Notes under the pieces: model-generated
Told to the model about the DNA's origin: nothing
What the model saw: the letters and a program-made list of their open reading frames with translations, nothing else
The model's database searches: none
Made by a program: the position numbers and the translations under genes
Shown here: positions 27,302 to 37,606 of the stretch, piece by piece
Numbering within the stretch: position 1 is the stretch's first letter
How the letters are laid out: every line of letters starts with the position of its first letter
IMG/VR virus record: IMGVR_UViG_3300037089_000251
Location: 40,510-104,509 of that record
DNA: 64,000 nucleotides
From: a virus
Strand: one strand, 5' to 3'

Positions 27302-30109
27302 ATGCTCAAACTCAACGAGGAACAACTACGGGCGGTAGCCCACCCCTTGGGGCGACCCGCCTGCCTCATCGCCGGGGCAGGCTCGGGCAAGACCAGCACC
27401 ATCACCGAGAGGGTCCGCTGGCTCATGACGGAAAAGGTTCTGCCCTTCCGCATCTGCTGCATCACCTTCACCAACAAGGCCGCCCAAGAGATAAAGAACC
27501 GGCTCAACATACCCTTTGAGCCGGACTTCCATAGGGAGCAGACCGAGCCGCATGTGAGCACCATCCATAGCCTCGCCCTCAATGCCATCCGCAAGAACCC
27601 CGAGGGCTTCGGGTTCACCGGCAAGGTCACGCCCATGGACGACTACGACCAGTCGCAGATGATAAAGAAGCTCATCGAGCGCAGCGCCCCGGAGCCGGGC
27701 GTGGAGAAGAACCCCTACCGGTTCCTGGAGAAGCTCGGGTACCACCGTGCCCGTGGCGTAGGATTCGCCGTGGACTATACTGATGAGGTTCATGAGGATG
27801 CCTTGGAGCGCCACGGTGGGTACCACGCCCTAGAAGACTGGGAGAAGACCATCTGGGCGCAGTTTGAGACCGAGAAGAACAAGTGCGGGTCGGTGGACTT
27901 CGACGACATGATTCACCTGGTGGTGCGCCGGGGGGAGTCGCAGGACGACTGGCGGGCAGCCCTCCAACGGCGTTTCCATCACGTATTGCAGGACGAGTCG
28001 CAGGACACCAGCCCCATCCAGTGGCGCTTCGTCAACCTCCTCCTCGGGGATGACAACCCCAATCTTTATTGCGTGGGGGATTTGGCCCAATGTCAACCTC
28101 CGGGCACAAAAGTTAAGGTAACCCAAAGTCCTCCTATTGGTTCAAGGAAAGCAATATGCAAAGAGTGGAACATTGAAGACCTAAACGATGGGTTTCTCGT
28201 TCCGTTTTGGCGTCAGGATGACCAGAGAACTTATTGTTCAGGGAAGCCGATTAAGGTTGCATCCCGATTCTACATCGGAGACCTTATCAAGATTAAGACT
28301 GGAATAGGGAGTACAGAAGTCACTCCAAGTCATTGGAATTGGGTGCGTTTCAACAAGAATGTGCGGGGCAAATACTTGGTCTACCTTATGTATCGCCACG
28401 ACTTGGGATTTCGGGTAGGAACCAGCGTGTTCAAGCGCAGCACGGCGCAGACAGGCGAGAGGGGTGCTTATGGTCTTTCATATCGTATGAACCAAGAGAA
28501 GGCGGAAGCTGGATGGATTCTACGCATTTGTGACTTCAAAGCTGAGGCTGAGGCGTGGGAGGAAATTTATTCTGTCAGGTACGGCATCCCCGAATCTCTT
28601 TTTGAAAGTGGACCTTGTCGCAGTAAGTCTGACGAACTAATTAGACTGGTCTTTAGCCATGTCAACCCACAAGGGGGGAGGGCGTGTTTGGCAGCCCTCG
28701 GTTTGCTAGAAAGCCATCCGATAATTACAAATCAACGGCACGGACGTGGGAATAGCTGGAGGGGATTCTTCAAGACTGCGGCGGTTAATATATTTCCTGA
28801 ATATATGGATATTCCTATTGAGGGAAGGAACAAAAGCACCCCGATACTGGGTATATCGAAACGGCATTATCAGGGGCTAGTATACTCCTTAGAAGTCGAA
28901 CAGCACCATACCTACATTGCTGACGGTTTGGTGGTTGGGAACTCTATCTATGCCTTCCAAGGGGCGGAGCCACGCCTGCTCAAGGAGTACAGCGAGGGGT
29001 GGCGTGGGTTCGTTCCCGACCTCTACAAGATATCCCGGAACCATAGGAGCCTCCCGAACATCATCCGGCTCTCCAACAAGATTAACGCCACGATGACGGA
29101 GGTAATCCCCCTCAAGATGCAGACCTTCCGGGGAGTTCTGCCGGACGGTAAGGAGACGGAAACCGGGGCTACCCGGCTCATCCGTTCCTCCACGCCGGGC
29201 GACGTGGCCGTCATCATCGCACAGGAGATAAAGCACGACAGCCAGCTTAAGGGAATCGGCAACATCGCCTACAAGGACAACGCCATACTCGTGCGCTCCG
29301 CCATGCAGGTCCGTGACTTGGAGGGAGCGCTAGTGCGGTTCCGCATCCCCTATGTCGTCCGGGGCGGCAAGGGCTTGCTCCAGACCGAGGAGATAAAGGA
29401 CATCCTAAGCTACTTCCGGCTGGCGGTCAACAACAAGGACTTCACGGCGTTCGTCCGGGCGGCTGCCGTACCCAAGCGGGGAGTCGGGGATGTCGCCATG
29501 GAGCGGATAAGGAAGAAGGCCGACCAAGAGGAGGAGGGAGACCTCGTTGCCGCCTGCGAGGGCGACAAGAAGCTCGAACTCTTCGTCTATGGGATGAAGA
29601 CCGTCATCGGCAGGCTGGGAACCCCTGCGGCCGCCATGGAGGAAATCGTCACCTCCTTCAACTACAAGGACTACATCAACGCCAAGTACCACAAGGAGCC
29701 GGGCAAGGCAAGAACCAAGTGCGAGAACATCGACCGCTTCCTGTTGCTGATAAACAACCTGGTGAGCGACGGGCTTTCGGCGGAGGACCTTGTCTTTCAA
29801 TTGGCCCTTGAACACCCGACCGACAATGACGAGGAGACTGGCAAGGTCACCATCTCGACCATCCACAGCGCCAAGGGACTAGAATGGAAAAAAGTTTTTC
29901 TTACTAATTGCACAGAAGGCTCAATTCCTCATAGGTTTAGCATGGGGTCAGAGACAGAAATTGAGGAAGAACGCAGGTTGCTATACGTTGCCTGCACGAG
30001 GGCTAGGGACCAATTGGCGATATGCGTCCATGGGTTGGAGCCACGGGGACCAAATACTGTGTCCGTGGCACCGAGTCGGTTCCTTAAAGAACTCAATATA
30101 GTTTCGTGA
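27302..30109 (+). CDS. uvrD: UvrD/PcrA/Rep SF1 helicase containing an intein
   Basis: AGAGSGKT, TFTNKAA, DESQD, VGD.AQ|SIY.F.GA, STIHSAKGLEW, EERRLLYVACTRA. Confidence 0.93.
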   Translation: MLKLNEEQLRAVAHPLGRPACLIAGAGSGKTSTITERVRWLMTEKVLPFRICCITFTNKAAQEIKNRLNIPFEPDFHREQTEPHVSTIHSLALNAIRKNPEGFGFTGKVTPMDDYDQSQMIKKLIERSAPEPGVEKNPYRFLEKLGYHRARGVGFAVDYTDEVHEDALERHGGYHALEDWEKTIWAQFETEKNKCGSVDFDDMIHLVVRRGESQDDWRAALQRRFHHVLQDESQDTSPIQWRFVNLLLGDDNPNLYCVGDLAQCQPPGTKVKVTQSPPIGSRKAICKEWNIEDLNDGFLVPFWRQDDQRTYCSGKPIKVASRFYIGDLIKIKTGIGSTEVTPSHWNWVRFNKNVRGKYLVYLMYRHDLGFRVGTSVFKRSTAQTGERGAYGLSYRMNQEKAEAGWILRICDFKAEAEAWEEIYSVRYGIPESLFESGPCRSKSDELIRLVFSHVNPQGGRACLAALGLLESHPIITNQRHGRGNSWRGFFKTAAVNIFPEYMDIPIEGRNKSTPILGISKRHYQGLVYSLEVEQHHTYIADGLVVGNSIYAFQGAEPRLLKEYSEGWRGFVPDLYKISRNHRSLPNIIRLSNKINATMTEVIPLKMQTFRGVLPDGKETETGATRLIRSSTPGDVAVIIAQEIKHDSQLKGIGNIAYKDNAILVRSAMQVRDLEGALVRFRIPYVVRGGKGLLQTEEIKDILSYFRLAVNNKDFTAFVRAAAVPKRGVGDVAMERIRKKADQEEEGDLVAACEGDKKLELFVYGMKTVIGRLGTPAAAMEEIVTSFNYKDYINAKYHKEPGKARTKCENIDRFLLLINNLVSDGLSAEDLVFQLALEHPTDNDEETGKVTISTIHSAKGLEWKKVFLTNCTEGSIPHRFSMGSETEIEEERRLLYVACTRARDQLAICVHGLEPRGPNTVSVAPSRFLKELNIVS
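28091..28942 (+). mobile_element. Intein (284 aa) in helicase motif III
   Basis: Q|CQPPGT...VYSLEVEQHHTYIADGLVVGN|S; removing it restores VGDLAQSIYAFQGA; low GC. Confidence 0.9.
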
Positions 30110-30138
30110 TTCGCTGTATATTAAATTAAGGAGGACAG

Positions 30139-32071
30139 ATGTCAACATTCTCAAAGCGTTTTCCGGGGCTTAAGCCCGGAGAGTACATGGAAATCGGCAC
30201 CCCGGAGCACATCACGAGGCAGTTGCCGGGATGCGTCTCCGTCAGGACCTTCGCCACGCCGTCGCAGACCGTTCCCGACGAGGGATACCTCCTGCAAGCC
30301 GTCAAGACGACCAAGGCGGGCTGGGGCAACGGCTCGGCGGCCATCGTATGCGGCTGCATGGACTGCACCCTCAAGGCAGGACTGGTGCTCACGGGCATCA
30401 AGACCCCGTGCAAGCACGCCAAGGGTCTGCGGGTTCTCCTGCGTGGGCGTCGTCGGGCGTGGATGAAGATTGACGACAAGTAAGATTCCCCCTGTTTTTC
30501 ATCCGCCTCGGTGTATACTATAGGTGTAGGAACAGAGCCTCCGCTTAGGCGTAGAGGCAAAAAGTATTCGAGGAGTTTGACATGAAAGAATTGGACCAGA
30601 AGAGGGCGGAAGCCCTTGCGTGGGGGTATTTCCGTGTGATTCTGCCGGTAAGCCGGGAGAAGCTCAAGGACAAGTACAAGGAAGCTTCGGACCGGATGGA
30701 CCCCAAGGCACGGCCGAGCAACACCAAGGGTGAGTTCATGGAGATGCGTAACTTCTACCATGACTTGCTTGAGGCCAACCCCTCGTGGGCGTTCACTGCC
30801 TATGAGGCTCCCCGTACCCGGCGACCGAACCGTGGTTCCAACCGGGTAGGGTTCAAGCCGGGGCGCAACTCACAGACCTCCGAGCCGCTCATGAAGGCAT
30901 TCTCCGTTTTGCTACCGAGGTAAGGCATGGAAAGCGCACGCTTTGACATCAGCATCCCCCGTGACGACAAGGGGAATGTCCAAGGGGTCATCCTTGGGCA
31001 TGACTTCTGCGCCGAGCATGAGTGGGGCATCGACGACATGCTCGACCGGTTTGGCATCCCCGGAAAGCCCCGTGCCATAGGCGTCAACAAGCGCCGGGTC
31101 ACCGTCATCCCCGAGGGTCTGACGTGGGTCAAGATGGGCGTCCGGGAGGGCATCCTCCTGCCCACTGCGTTCGATGTCTGGTATGCCGGTAACCAGAAGG
31201 CTGATATCGGCATGATTTATTGGAAATCCCTCTATCTTGCCGAAGCCAAACCTGGACTTGCGGCCGCTTGGGACAAAGATTCTTTTTTGGTTACCTCCAC
31301 GAGCCACAAGGACATAAAAGCCCTTAAAGAGGTCTACCACGCCTTCATGGCGATGGATGCCGCCGTCACCCTGCTCTCACCCACGGTCTATGTCGGCAAC
31401 AACCTGAGCCTCATCATCATCAGCCGGATGTCCAAGGATACCATCGACCTGTGGAAGAGCTATGACCTTGAGGAACGGTCGCTTAACAGCTACATGCGGC
31501 GTTCCCGTATAGAAAAGCTCCTCCTGAGGCACAAGAAGGCGTACTTCTCCCTGCGCCCCCGGCGCAAGAAGGACGGCTCCGTGGAGTTCTGGCTAAACCC
31601 CTTTCAGCAGAGCCTCTACGGCAGCGGCTACTACACCCTGCAAGACCTGCGGGCGTGGGCGAGGGACAAGGGGAAGGTCATCAAGAAGCCGGAAACAAAA
31701 AATTCCCGCTAAAAGCCATGCGGCGGGTGTATACTACGACTGAGTAACCTGTGCAGTCCACCGTGTCGAAGCTGAGCTAGATGCGGCTAACCGAGGTCTA
31801 ACGACTTCGTTCGTCCCAAACTGGGGCAGGACCGGCAGGAAGAAGGAATCATATGTCTGAACTCGGTTACGGTTCGTATTACACCACCAAGGAACACCGG
31901 GTGGAGATTGACAGGGCTGGCGGCGGTTACCCTCGCATGACCTGCTATACATGCGAGGGAGCCACGCTCGTCAAGCAGCCCTACATGACCACCGAAATCT
32001 GGCTGGCCAAGACCACGGAGTTCCAAGAGAACCATGGTCAGCTTGACCTCAGCACCTATGTGAAATTCTAG
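30139..32071 (+). other. Hypothetical CDSs (30139-30483, 30582-30923 J-domain-like, 30927-31712, 31853-32071)
   Basis: ORFs with RBSs, downstream of promoter motifs. Confidence 0.55.
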
Positions 32072-32080
32072 GGGGAGTCC

Positions 32081-32719
32081 ATGTACCTTGCCCTGCTCTT
32101 ATTGCTGCCGTTTCTCCTTGCCCTTCTGGCGTGGTATATCCTCAAGGCACGGGGAGAGACTTTCTTTGGTCCCCTTCAAGTCGGCATCGCCTTGGGCATC
32201 TGCCTCCTCATCGCCGGGGCGGGGCTTGGCTTGGAGTTCTACGGGGTCACGAGCGATACCGAGATTTGGAGCGGCTCCATCACCCAAAAACAACGGGAGG
32301 AAGTCTCCTGCCGCCATTCCTACCAGTGCAACTGCCATGAAGTCTGCACAGGCTCGGGCAAAGACGAGACATGCTCAGAGCATTGCGACACCTGCTATGA
32401 ACACAGCTTTGACGTGGATTGGGACGTGTTCTCCTCCACCGGAAAGCAAATCAGCATCGACACCATTGACCGGCAGGGACTCTCCATGCCGCCCCGGTGG
32501 GGAGCCGCCTATGTGGGCGAACCCACGGCGGAGGCACATGAGTTCACTAATTACTTCCTCGCCGCACCCGACGACATTATGCTGCGCCATGACGCCCCCA
32601 AGGGCTTCGAGGGGCTGGTACCGGAGTATCCGAAATCCATCACCGACTATTACCATTGCAACCGGTTCCTCCTCGGCGGCGGTGTCGGTATCAGACCATA
32701 TCTGGATGCTCGGGCGTGA
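32081..32719 (+). CDS. Membrane protein with Cys-rich extracellular domain, probably truncated
   Basis: Two TM segments, then CRHSYQCNC...CDTCYEH..D.DW. Confidence 0.6.
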   Translation: MYLALLLLLPFLLALLAWYILKARGETFFGPLQVGIALGICLLIAGAGLGLEFYGVTSDTEIWSGSITQKQREEVSCRHSYQCNCHEVCTGSGKDETCSEHCDTCYEHSFDVDWDVFSSTGKQISIDTIDRQGLSMPPRWGAAYVGEPTAEAHEFTNYFLAAPDDIMLRHDAPKGFEGLVPEYPKSITDYYHCNRFLLGGGVGIRPYLDARA

Positions 32720-32891
32720 GCGTGGACCTGACGGTAAGCCCGTCCCCGGTGCCAAGATTGTCCACACATATGACCTTATCGAGGCGGGGCTGTGCTGGGA
32801 GCAGTGGAACCCCCGCAACGCCACACGTCCCGCTATATCCGAGTTCGTGCGCCAGTTGAAGGAAGACTTCTATAACCTGTGAGGAGACTCT

Positions 32892-33845
32892 ATGAACAAG
32901 CCAAGTTTCGGCGTGATAGTCGGGCGATTCCAAGTCCATGAGCTTCACGACGGGCACATGGAGCTTTTCCGCATCGTCAAGGGACGGCATAACCGCATCA
33001 TCGTGTTCCTCGGATGCAACAAGGTCGGCCCCACCCGGCACGACCCGCTGGACTTCGAGACCAGGAAAAAGATGGTGCAGGCGAAGTTCCCCGAGTTCAC
33101 CGTCCTGCCGCTCAAGGACAAGAAGACGGACGAGGAGTGGTCCAAGGACTTGGACGAGCGCATATCCGACGCCGTGGGGGAGATTCCCTCCGAGGTCATC
33201 CTGTATGGCAGCCGGGAGAGCTTTGCCCCCCATTACCACGGCAGGCACAAGGTCAGGGAACTGGAAATCGAGGTTCCTCCGTCCCTTACCAGCACGGACA
33301 TACGTGCCAAGCTGACCAATCAAGTCATGGAGTCGCCGGACTTCCGTGCTGGCATCATCTATGCCATGAACCAGCTATGGCCACGGCTCATCCCCGTGGT
33401 GGATATCGCCATCGTCCACAAGGCGGAGAAGGGGCTGATGCTCCTGCTCGGAAAGAAGAAGGACGACACCAACTGGCGCTTTCCCGGTGGTCACGCCATA
33501 AAAAAGAACAGCACCTTCGAGGCGGACGCCAAGATGGAGGTATTCGAGGAGACGGGCTTGGATGTCCATGACCTTGAGTACATCGGCTCAGGTCTGGTGG
33601 ATAGCTGGCGCTGGAGGTCGGAGCCGTCCGAGGGGTTCAAGACCATCTTCTACCTCGCCCACAGCATGACCATGGGCGGCAAGGGGGCGGACGACCTGGC
33701 GGAGTCCCGGTGGTTCGAGTTCAGCAAGCTCACCGTGTACGACATCGAGAAGGAGCACAAGCCGCTCTTCGAGATGCTGCAACAACACCTTACTACCAAA
33801 AAGGAGAACACCCATGCCGGAAAAGATGGTTCCAGTATTCGCTAA
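32892..33845 (+). CDS. nadM: Bifunctional NMN adenylyltransferase / Nudix hydrolase (NadM-Nudix)
   Basis: GRFQ..H.GH, PL.F..R..M, STDIR, FPGG...E.FEETG. Confidence 0.9.
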   Translation: MNKPSFGVIVGRFQVHELHDGHMELFRIVKGRHNRIIVFLGCNKVGPTRHDPLDFETRKKMVQAKFPEFTVLPLKDKKTDEEWSKDLDERISDAVGEIPSEVILYGSRESFAPHYHGRHKVRELEIEVPPSLTSTDIRAKLTNQVMESPDFRAGIIYAMNQLWPRLIPVVDIAIVHKAEKGLMLLLGKKKDDTNWRFPGGHAIKKNSTFEADAKMEVFEETGLDVHDLEYIGSGLVDSWRWRSEPSEGFKTIFYLAHSMTMGGKGADDLAESRWFEFSKLTVYDIEKEHKPLFEMLQQHLTTKKENTHAGKDGSSIR

Positions 33846-34236
33846 CCGGGCACCGTGGAATGACCTCGTACTTGACGGAAAACGCCATGTTAAAACACTT
33901 TCCTTTAACTGGAAACACCGGGGACCCATCCTCCTTTACACGTCCTCCAACCGGGTGGATTGGTGGGGGTTCGACCAGTACGACATGACCAAGCAGGACA
34001 TCCCAAAGGGTGTAATCGTAGGCTCTGCAATGGTGGTTGATGTGGTCCCCACGGACACACTTCCACAGATTTTCTACGACAAGGACCCCAATCTGGAGGG
34101 CACTATGGGGCAGGCGTTCGTGGTCATCGTGGAGAACCCACGGCGCTTCAAACGTCCCATCCCGTTCAAGCCGCCACAGGGGACAGTCAGGATTAGTTCA
34201 GCGCCCGCACGCTATTTGCGACGAGCAGTGCTCTAA
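33814..34236 (+). CDS. ASCH domain protein
   Basis: PW..LVLDGK...W.HRGPILL, G.IVG.A.VVDV. Confidence 0.7.
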   Translation: MPEKMVPVFANRAPWNDLVLDGKRHVKTLSFNWKHRGPILLYTSSNRVDWWGFDQYDMTKQDIPKGVIVGSAMVVDVVPTDTLPQIFYDKDPNLEGTMGQAFVVIVENPRRFKRPIPFKPPQGTVRISSAPARYLRRAVL

Positions 34237-34277
34237 TTTCAGGACTATGACAATCATTATAGGAGGTATTGCATATT

Positions 34278-34910
34278 ATGGTTGTCTACAAGGGTGAGGA
34301 CTTATCAGGAAAGTTTTTTGGATATTGGGAAGTTATTAAACCCATACGGGAGGAATATCCGTATAAAGGGGGAAGCAAGTCTCGGTGGGTATGGGTGTGC
34401 CGTTGTAAGTGTGGAAAAGAAAGACCACAGCGTAGGGAATCTCTTATAAAGGGGTTTACCAAGTCTTGTGGATGCATGGCACTCCTGTTTATGCACGAAG
34501 CCCGCATAAAGCCTGACCAGCACCGGTTGAAGTGGGCTGCTTACAGGAATTATAAGTCTGCTGCCAAGCGGCGTGGCTATGGTTTTTCTCTATCGTTTGA
34601 TGAGTTCAAGGTTCTGATGGCTTCAGACTGTCATTACTGCGGAATGCCCCCGTCACTAGTCTACAAGGATGATTATCTGGAAAAGGCTTCAAGTTTTTAC
34701 AAGGCTCAGGCGAGGGATTTCTTGTACAACGGAGTAGACCGTGTTGATAATCGACTCGGATATACATCGGAAAACTGTGTTGCAGCCTGTGGTCCCTGCA
34801 ACCGTTCCAAGCACGCAATGACATTGGAAAATTGGCTGAAGTGGATAAGCAGACTATATGAGTACCAATTTTCAAAAGGAGATAGAAATGCCCCAAAAGC
34901 TCAAGATTAA
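34278..34910 (+). CDS. HNH-type homing endonuclease (paralog of 8389-9150)
   Basis: WVCRCKCG..SCGC, CHYCG, NGVDRVDN..GY...NCV.AC..CN; low GC. Confidence 0.85.
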   Translation: MVVYKGEDLSGKFFGYWEVIKPIREEYPYKGGSKSRWVWVCRCKCGKERPQRRESLIKGFTKSCGCMALLFMHEARIKPDQHRLKWAAYRNYKSAAKRRGYGFSLSFDEFKVLMASDCHYCGMPPSLVYKDDYLEKASSFYKAQARDFLYNGVDRVDNRLGYTSENCVAACGPCNRSKHAMTLENWLKWISRLYEYQFSKGDRNAPKAQD

Positions 34911-36324
34911 CCCTATTCTCGATACTGATTCCTATAAGCTCTCACACTGGGTTCAGTACCCCCCGGATACGGAGTATGTCTACTCTTATCTGATGAGTCG
35001 GGGTGGATTCTGGAAGAACACCCTGTTCTTTGGGCTTCAGTATACTCTGAAAGCTTATTTTGAGGGCAAGGTTTTTGATAAAAAAGACGTGGAGCAGGCC
35101 GCCGCCGAGTCCTTCAAGCATTTCGGCAATGGCGACGTGTTCAATTACAAGGGCTGGATGCGGCTCCTCAAAAAGCACGGAGGGATACTGCCCCTGCATG
35201 TCCGGGCGGTCCCGGAGGGCATGGTTGTCCCCGTCAAGCACCCCATCATGACTATTCAGAACACTGACAAGGAGTTCCCGTGGCTGACCAACTGGGCGGA
35301 GACCCGACTACTGAGCGGCACTTGGTACCCCATCACGGTCGGGACGCTCTCTTTTGAAATCAAGCAGGCCATCGGGGCGGACCTCGTGCGCACGGGCGAC
35401 CCCTCGCTCCTGCCCTTCAAGCTGCACGACTTCGGATACCGGGGCGTCTCCTCGCAGGAGACGGCAGCCATCGGCGGGGCTGCCCACCTTGTCAACTTCA
35501 TGGGCACCGACACCATGGCTGCCTTGGCGCTCTTGGAGCAGTACTACGATGCCGACATGGCGGGGTTCAGCATCCCGGCTATGGAGCACAGCACCGTTAC
35601 CTCGTGGGGCGAGGAGAACGAGGCTGACGCCTACGAGAACATGATTGACAGGTTCCCGAACGGTCTCGTGGCGTGCGTCATCGACTCCTATGACCCGCAC
35701 CGGGCGGTAGCGGAGATATTCGGCGGCAAGCTGCGGGAGAAGATTCTCCGCAGGGGCGGGACGGTCGTCCTGCGCCCCGACTCCGGGGACCCCTGCGTCG
35801 TCATTGAGGACATCTTCAACATCGCCGCCGACAAGTTCGGGTTCGAGACGAACAACAAGGGCTGGAAGGTGCTTCCAAGGCAGATTCGCCTGATACAGGG
35901 TGACGGCGTCAACTACCAGAACATCCTCCGCATCAACTCGCACCTTACCCGTGCGGGCTGGTCGATGGACAACTGGGGCTATGGCATGGGCGGGGCGCTG
36001 CTCCAGCAGCAGAACCGGGACACCATGCGCTTCGCCATCAAGTGCTCCGCCATTAGGCGTGACGGTACTTGGGAGGAGGTCCACAAGACCACCATCACCG
36101 ACCCCTCCAAGGCGAGCATCGGCGGGCGCTTCAACCTGATGCTCACCCCTGACGGGGAGTTCGAGACCTCGCAGGTGGACGACTTCGACGACCGCACGTC
36201 CATCGGCTGCACCAACCTGCTGGAGACGGTGTTCGAGGACGGAAAGGTCACCCGCCACCAGACGCTCGAACAGATTCGTGCCATCGCCAAGGAGTACGAC
36301 CGTTACGACAAAGAGGAGTACTAG
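34888..36324 (+). CDS. nadV: Nicotinamide phosphoribosyltransferase
   Basis: DTDSYK.SH.QYPP, LHDFGYRG, GTDT, EHSTVTSWG, RPDSGDP, IQGDG. Confidence 0.93.
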   Translation: MPQKLKINPILDTDSYKLSHWVQYPPDTEYVYSYLMSRGGFWKNTLFFGLQYTLKAYFEGKVFDKKDVEQAAAESFKHFGNGDVFNYKGWMRLLKKHGGILPLHVRAVPEGMVVPVKHPIMTIQNTDKEFPWLTNWAETRLLSGTWYPITVGTLSFEIKQAIGADLVRTGDPSLLPFKLHDFGYRGVSSQETAAIGGAAHLVNFMGTDTMAALALLEQYYDADMAGFSIPAMEHSTVTSWGEENEADAYENMIDRFPNGLVACVIDSYDPHRAVAEIFGGKLREKILRRGGTVVLRPDSGDPCVVIEDIFNIAADKFGFETNNKGWKVLPRQIRLIQGDGVNYQNILRINSHLTRAGWSMDNWGYGMGGALLQQQNRDTMRFAIKCSAIRRDGTWEEVHKTTITDPSKASIGGRFNLMLTPDGEFETSQVDDFDDRTSIGCTNLLETVFEDGKVTRHQTLEQIRAIAKEYDRYDKEEY

Positions 36325-36594
36325 ATGTTCGAGGGCTACTTCAACAACCGGCTGACGGACCTAACCCTCGTCAGCCGTAGGATTCTTGGGCGCTGGTTCC
36401 TGTGGGAGGTCCATACGGACGCCTGCACCTGCACCTACTGCACGGGCTACTGGGACTTCGACAAGTCCCAAAACGGCAAGGGGTGGCGTGGGTGCAGGTT
36501 CAAGATTATCCTCCCCGAAAGCTGGCGTCACGGCTGGAAGATACTTACCTTCCGAACCAACAACGCATACCAGCACTACCTGAGACTGGCATGA
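36325..36594 (+). CDS. Hypothetical protein
   Basis: Coupled between nadV and the ligase. Confidence 0.5.
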   Translation: MFEGYFNNRLTDLTLVSRRILGRWFLWEVHTDACTCTYCTGYWDFDKSQNGKGWRGCRFKIILPESWRHGWKILTFRTNNAYQHYLRLA

Positions 36595-37190
36595 GACAAT
36601 ATCCCGAGATACCCGGAAGCTCCAAGGCACCCCTTGGAAAGCCTTGCATAGCCTTCTACAAATATGACGGCTCCAACCTGCGGTGGGAGTGGTCACCCAA
36701 GCGTGGGTGGTACAAGTTCGGGACCCGGACACAGCTTTTCGACCACACCGACCCCCTCTACGGTCAGGCCATTCCCATCTTCCTCGACACCATGGGGGAC
36801 GAGATTGCCCGGCGCTGCCGGAAGCTTGAGCGGGGCGTCCAGCGCATCATTGTCTTCACCGAGTTCTTCGGTCCCTCCAGCTTCGCCGGTCAGCACGTCG
36901 AGGCTGAGCCTAAAGAGCTTCGCCTCATCGACGCCAACCTCTTCAAGCGGGGCATCATGAAGCCCCGAATATTCTCCGACACCTTCGGTGACCTTCCATA
37001 CTGCGCACAGGTCGTCTACGAGGGGAACCTCAACCAGCCGTTCATAGAGGACGTGCGGGCGGGAAAGTATCCCGTGTGGGAGGGGGTCGTGGCCAAGGGC
37101 GACGACTTCATGGTGAAGATAAAGACCAAGGCGTACTTCGACAAGCTCATCGAGGTCTACAAAACCGAATATCGGCGGTATTGGGAATAG
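36591..37190 (+). CDS. ATP-dependent RNA ligase-like nucleotidyltransferase
   Basis: Motif I KYDGSN, EFFG, EGVVAKG, KIKT. Confidence 0.75.
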   Translation: MRQYPEIPGSSKAPLGKPCIAFYKYDGSNLRWEWSPKRGWYKFGTRTQLFDHTDPLYGQAIPIFLDTMGDEIARRCRKLERGVQRIIVFTEFFGPSSFAGQHVEAEPKELRLIDANLFKRGIMKPRIFSDTFGDLPYCAQVVYEGNLNQPFIEDVRAGKYPVWEGVVAKGDDFMVKIKTKAYFDKLIEVYKTEYRRYWE

Positions 37191-37200
37191 AGAGGTCATC

Positions 37201-37596
37201 ATGGAAAAGCACTTCGTCACGTTCTATAGCCCCGGCACCTTCGTGGCCGAGGAAAGCTCTACTCCCATGGATAGCTGGGATGTGGATGCCGCCAAGAAGG
37301 CGGCGACCAAAATCAAGGAGCGGCACGGTGCCGTGCCCTATGGTTTCAGGTTCACTACCCGGAGCCGGGGGGAAGAAGACCTTGACTCCAAGGTCACCAA
37401 GACGAGTCCGTTCTATTTCCTCGGCGGAAGGGTCGAGACTCTCGCCCAGGTCAAGGCACGGGCGACCTCCAACGACAGCATCCTCGTCAGCAACATGGAA
37501 TGCAACAAGTTCAAGAGAATAATCACCAACAGCAACTCGGGATGGTCATGGACCCAGCCCTTGGAGGACACGGATATCGTGCTGGACTGGCCATGA
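37201..37596 (+). CDS. Hypothetical phage protein
   Basis: FVTFYSPGTFVAE...PYGFRFTTR; GAGG RBS. Confidence 0.65.
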   Translation: MEKHFVTFYSPGTFVAEESSTPMDSWDVDAAKKAATKIKERHGAVPYGFRFTTRSRGEEDLDSKVTKTSPFYFLGGRVETLAQVKARATSNDSILVSNMECNKFKRIITNSNSGWSWTQPLEDTDIVLDWP

Positions 37597-37606
37597 GGGA
37601 GGCTTG

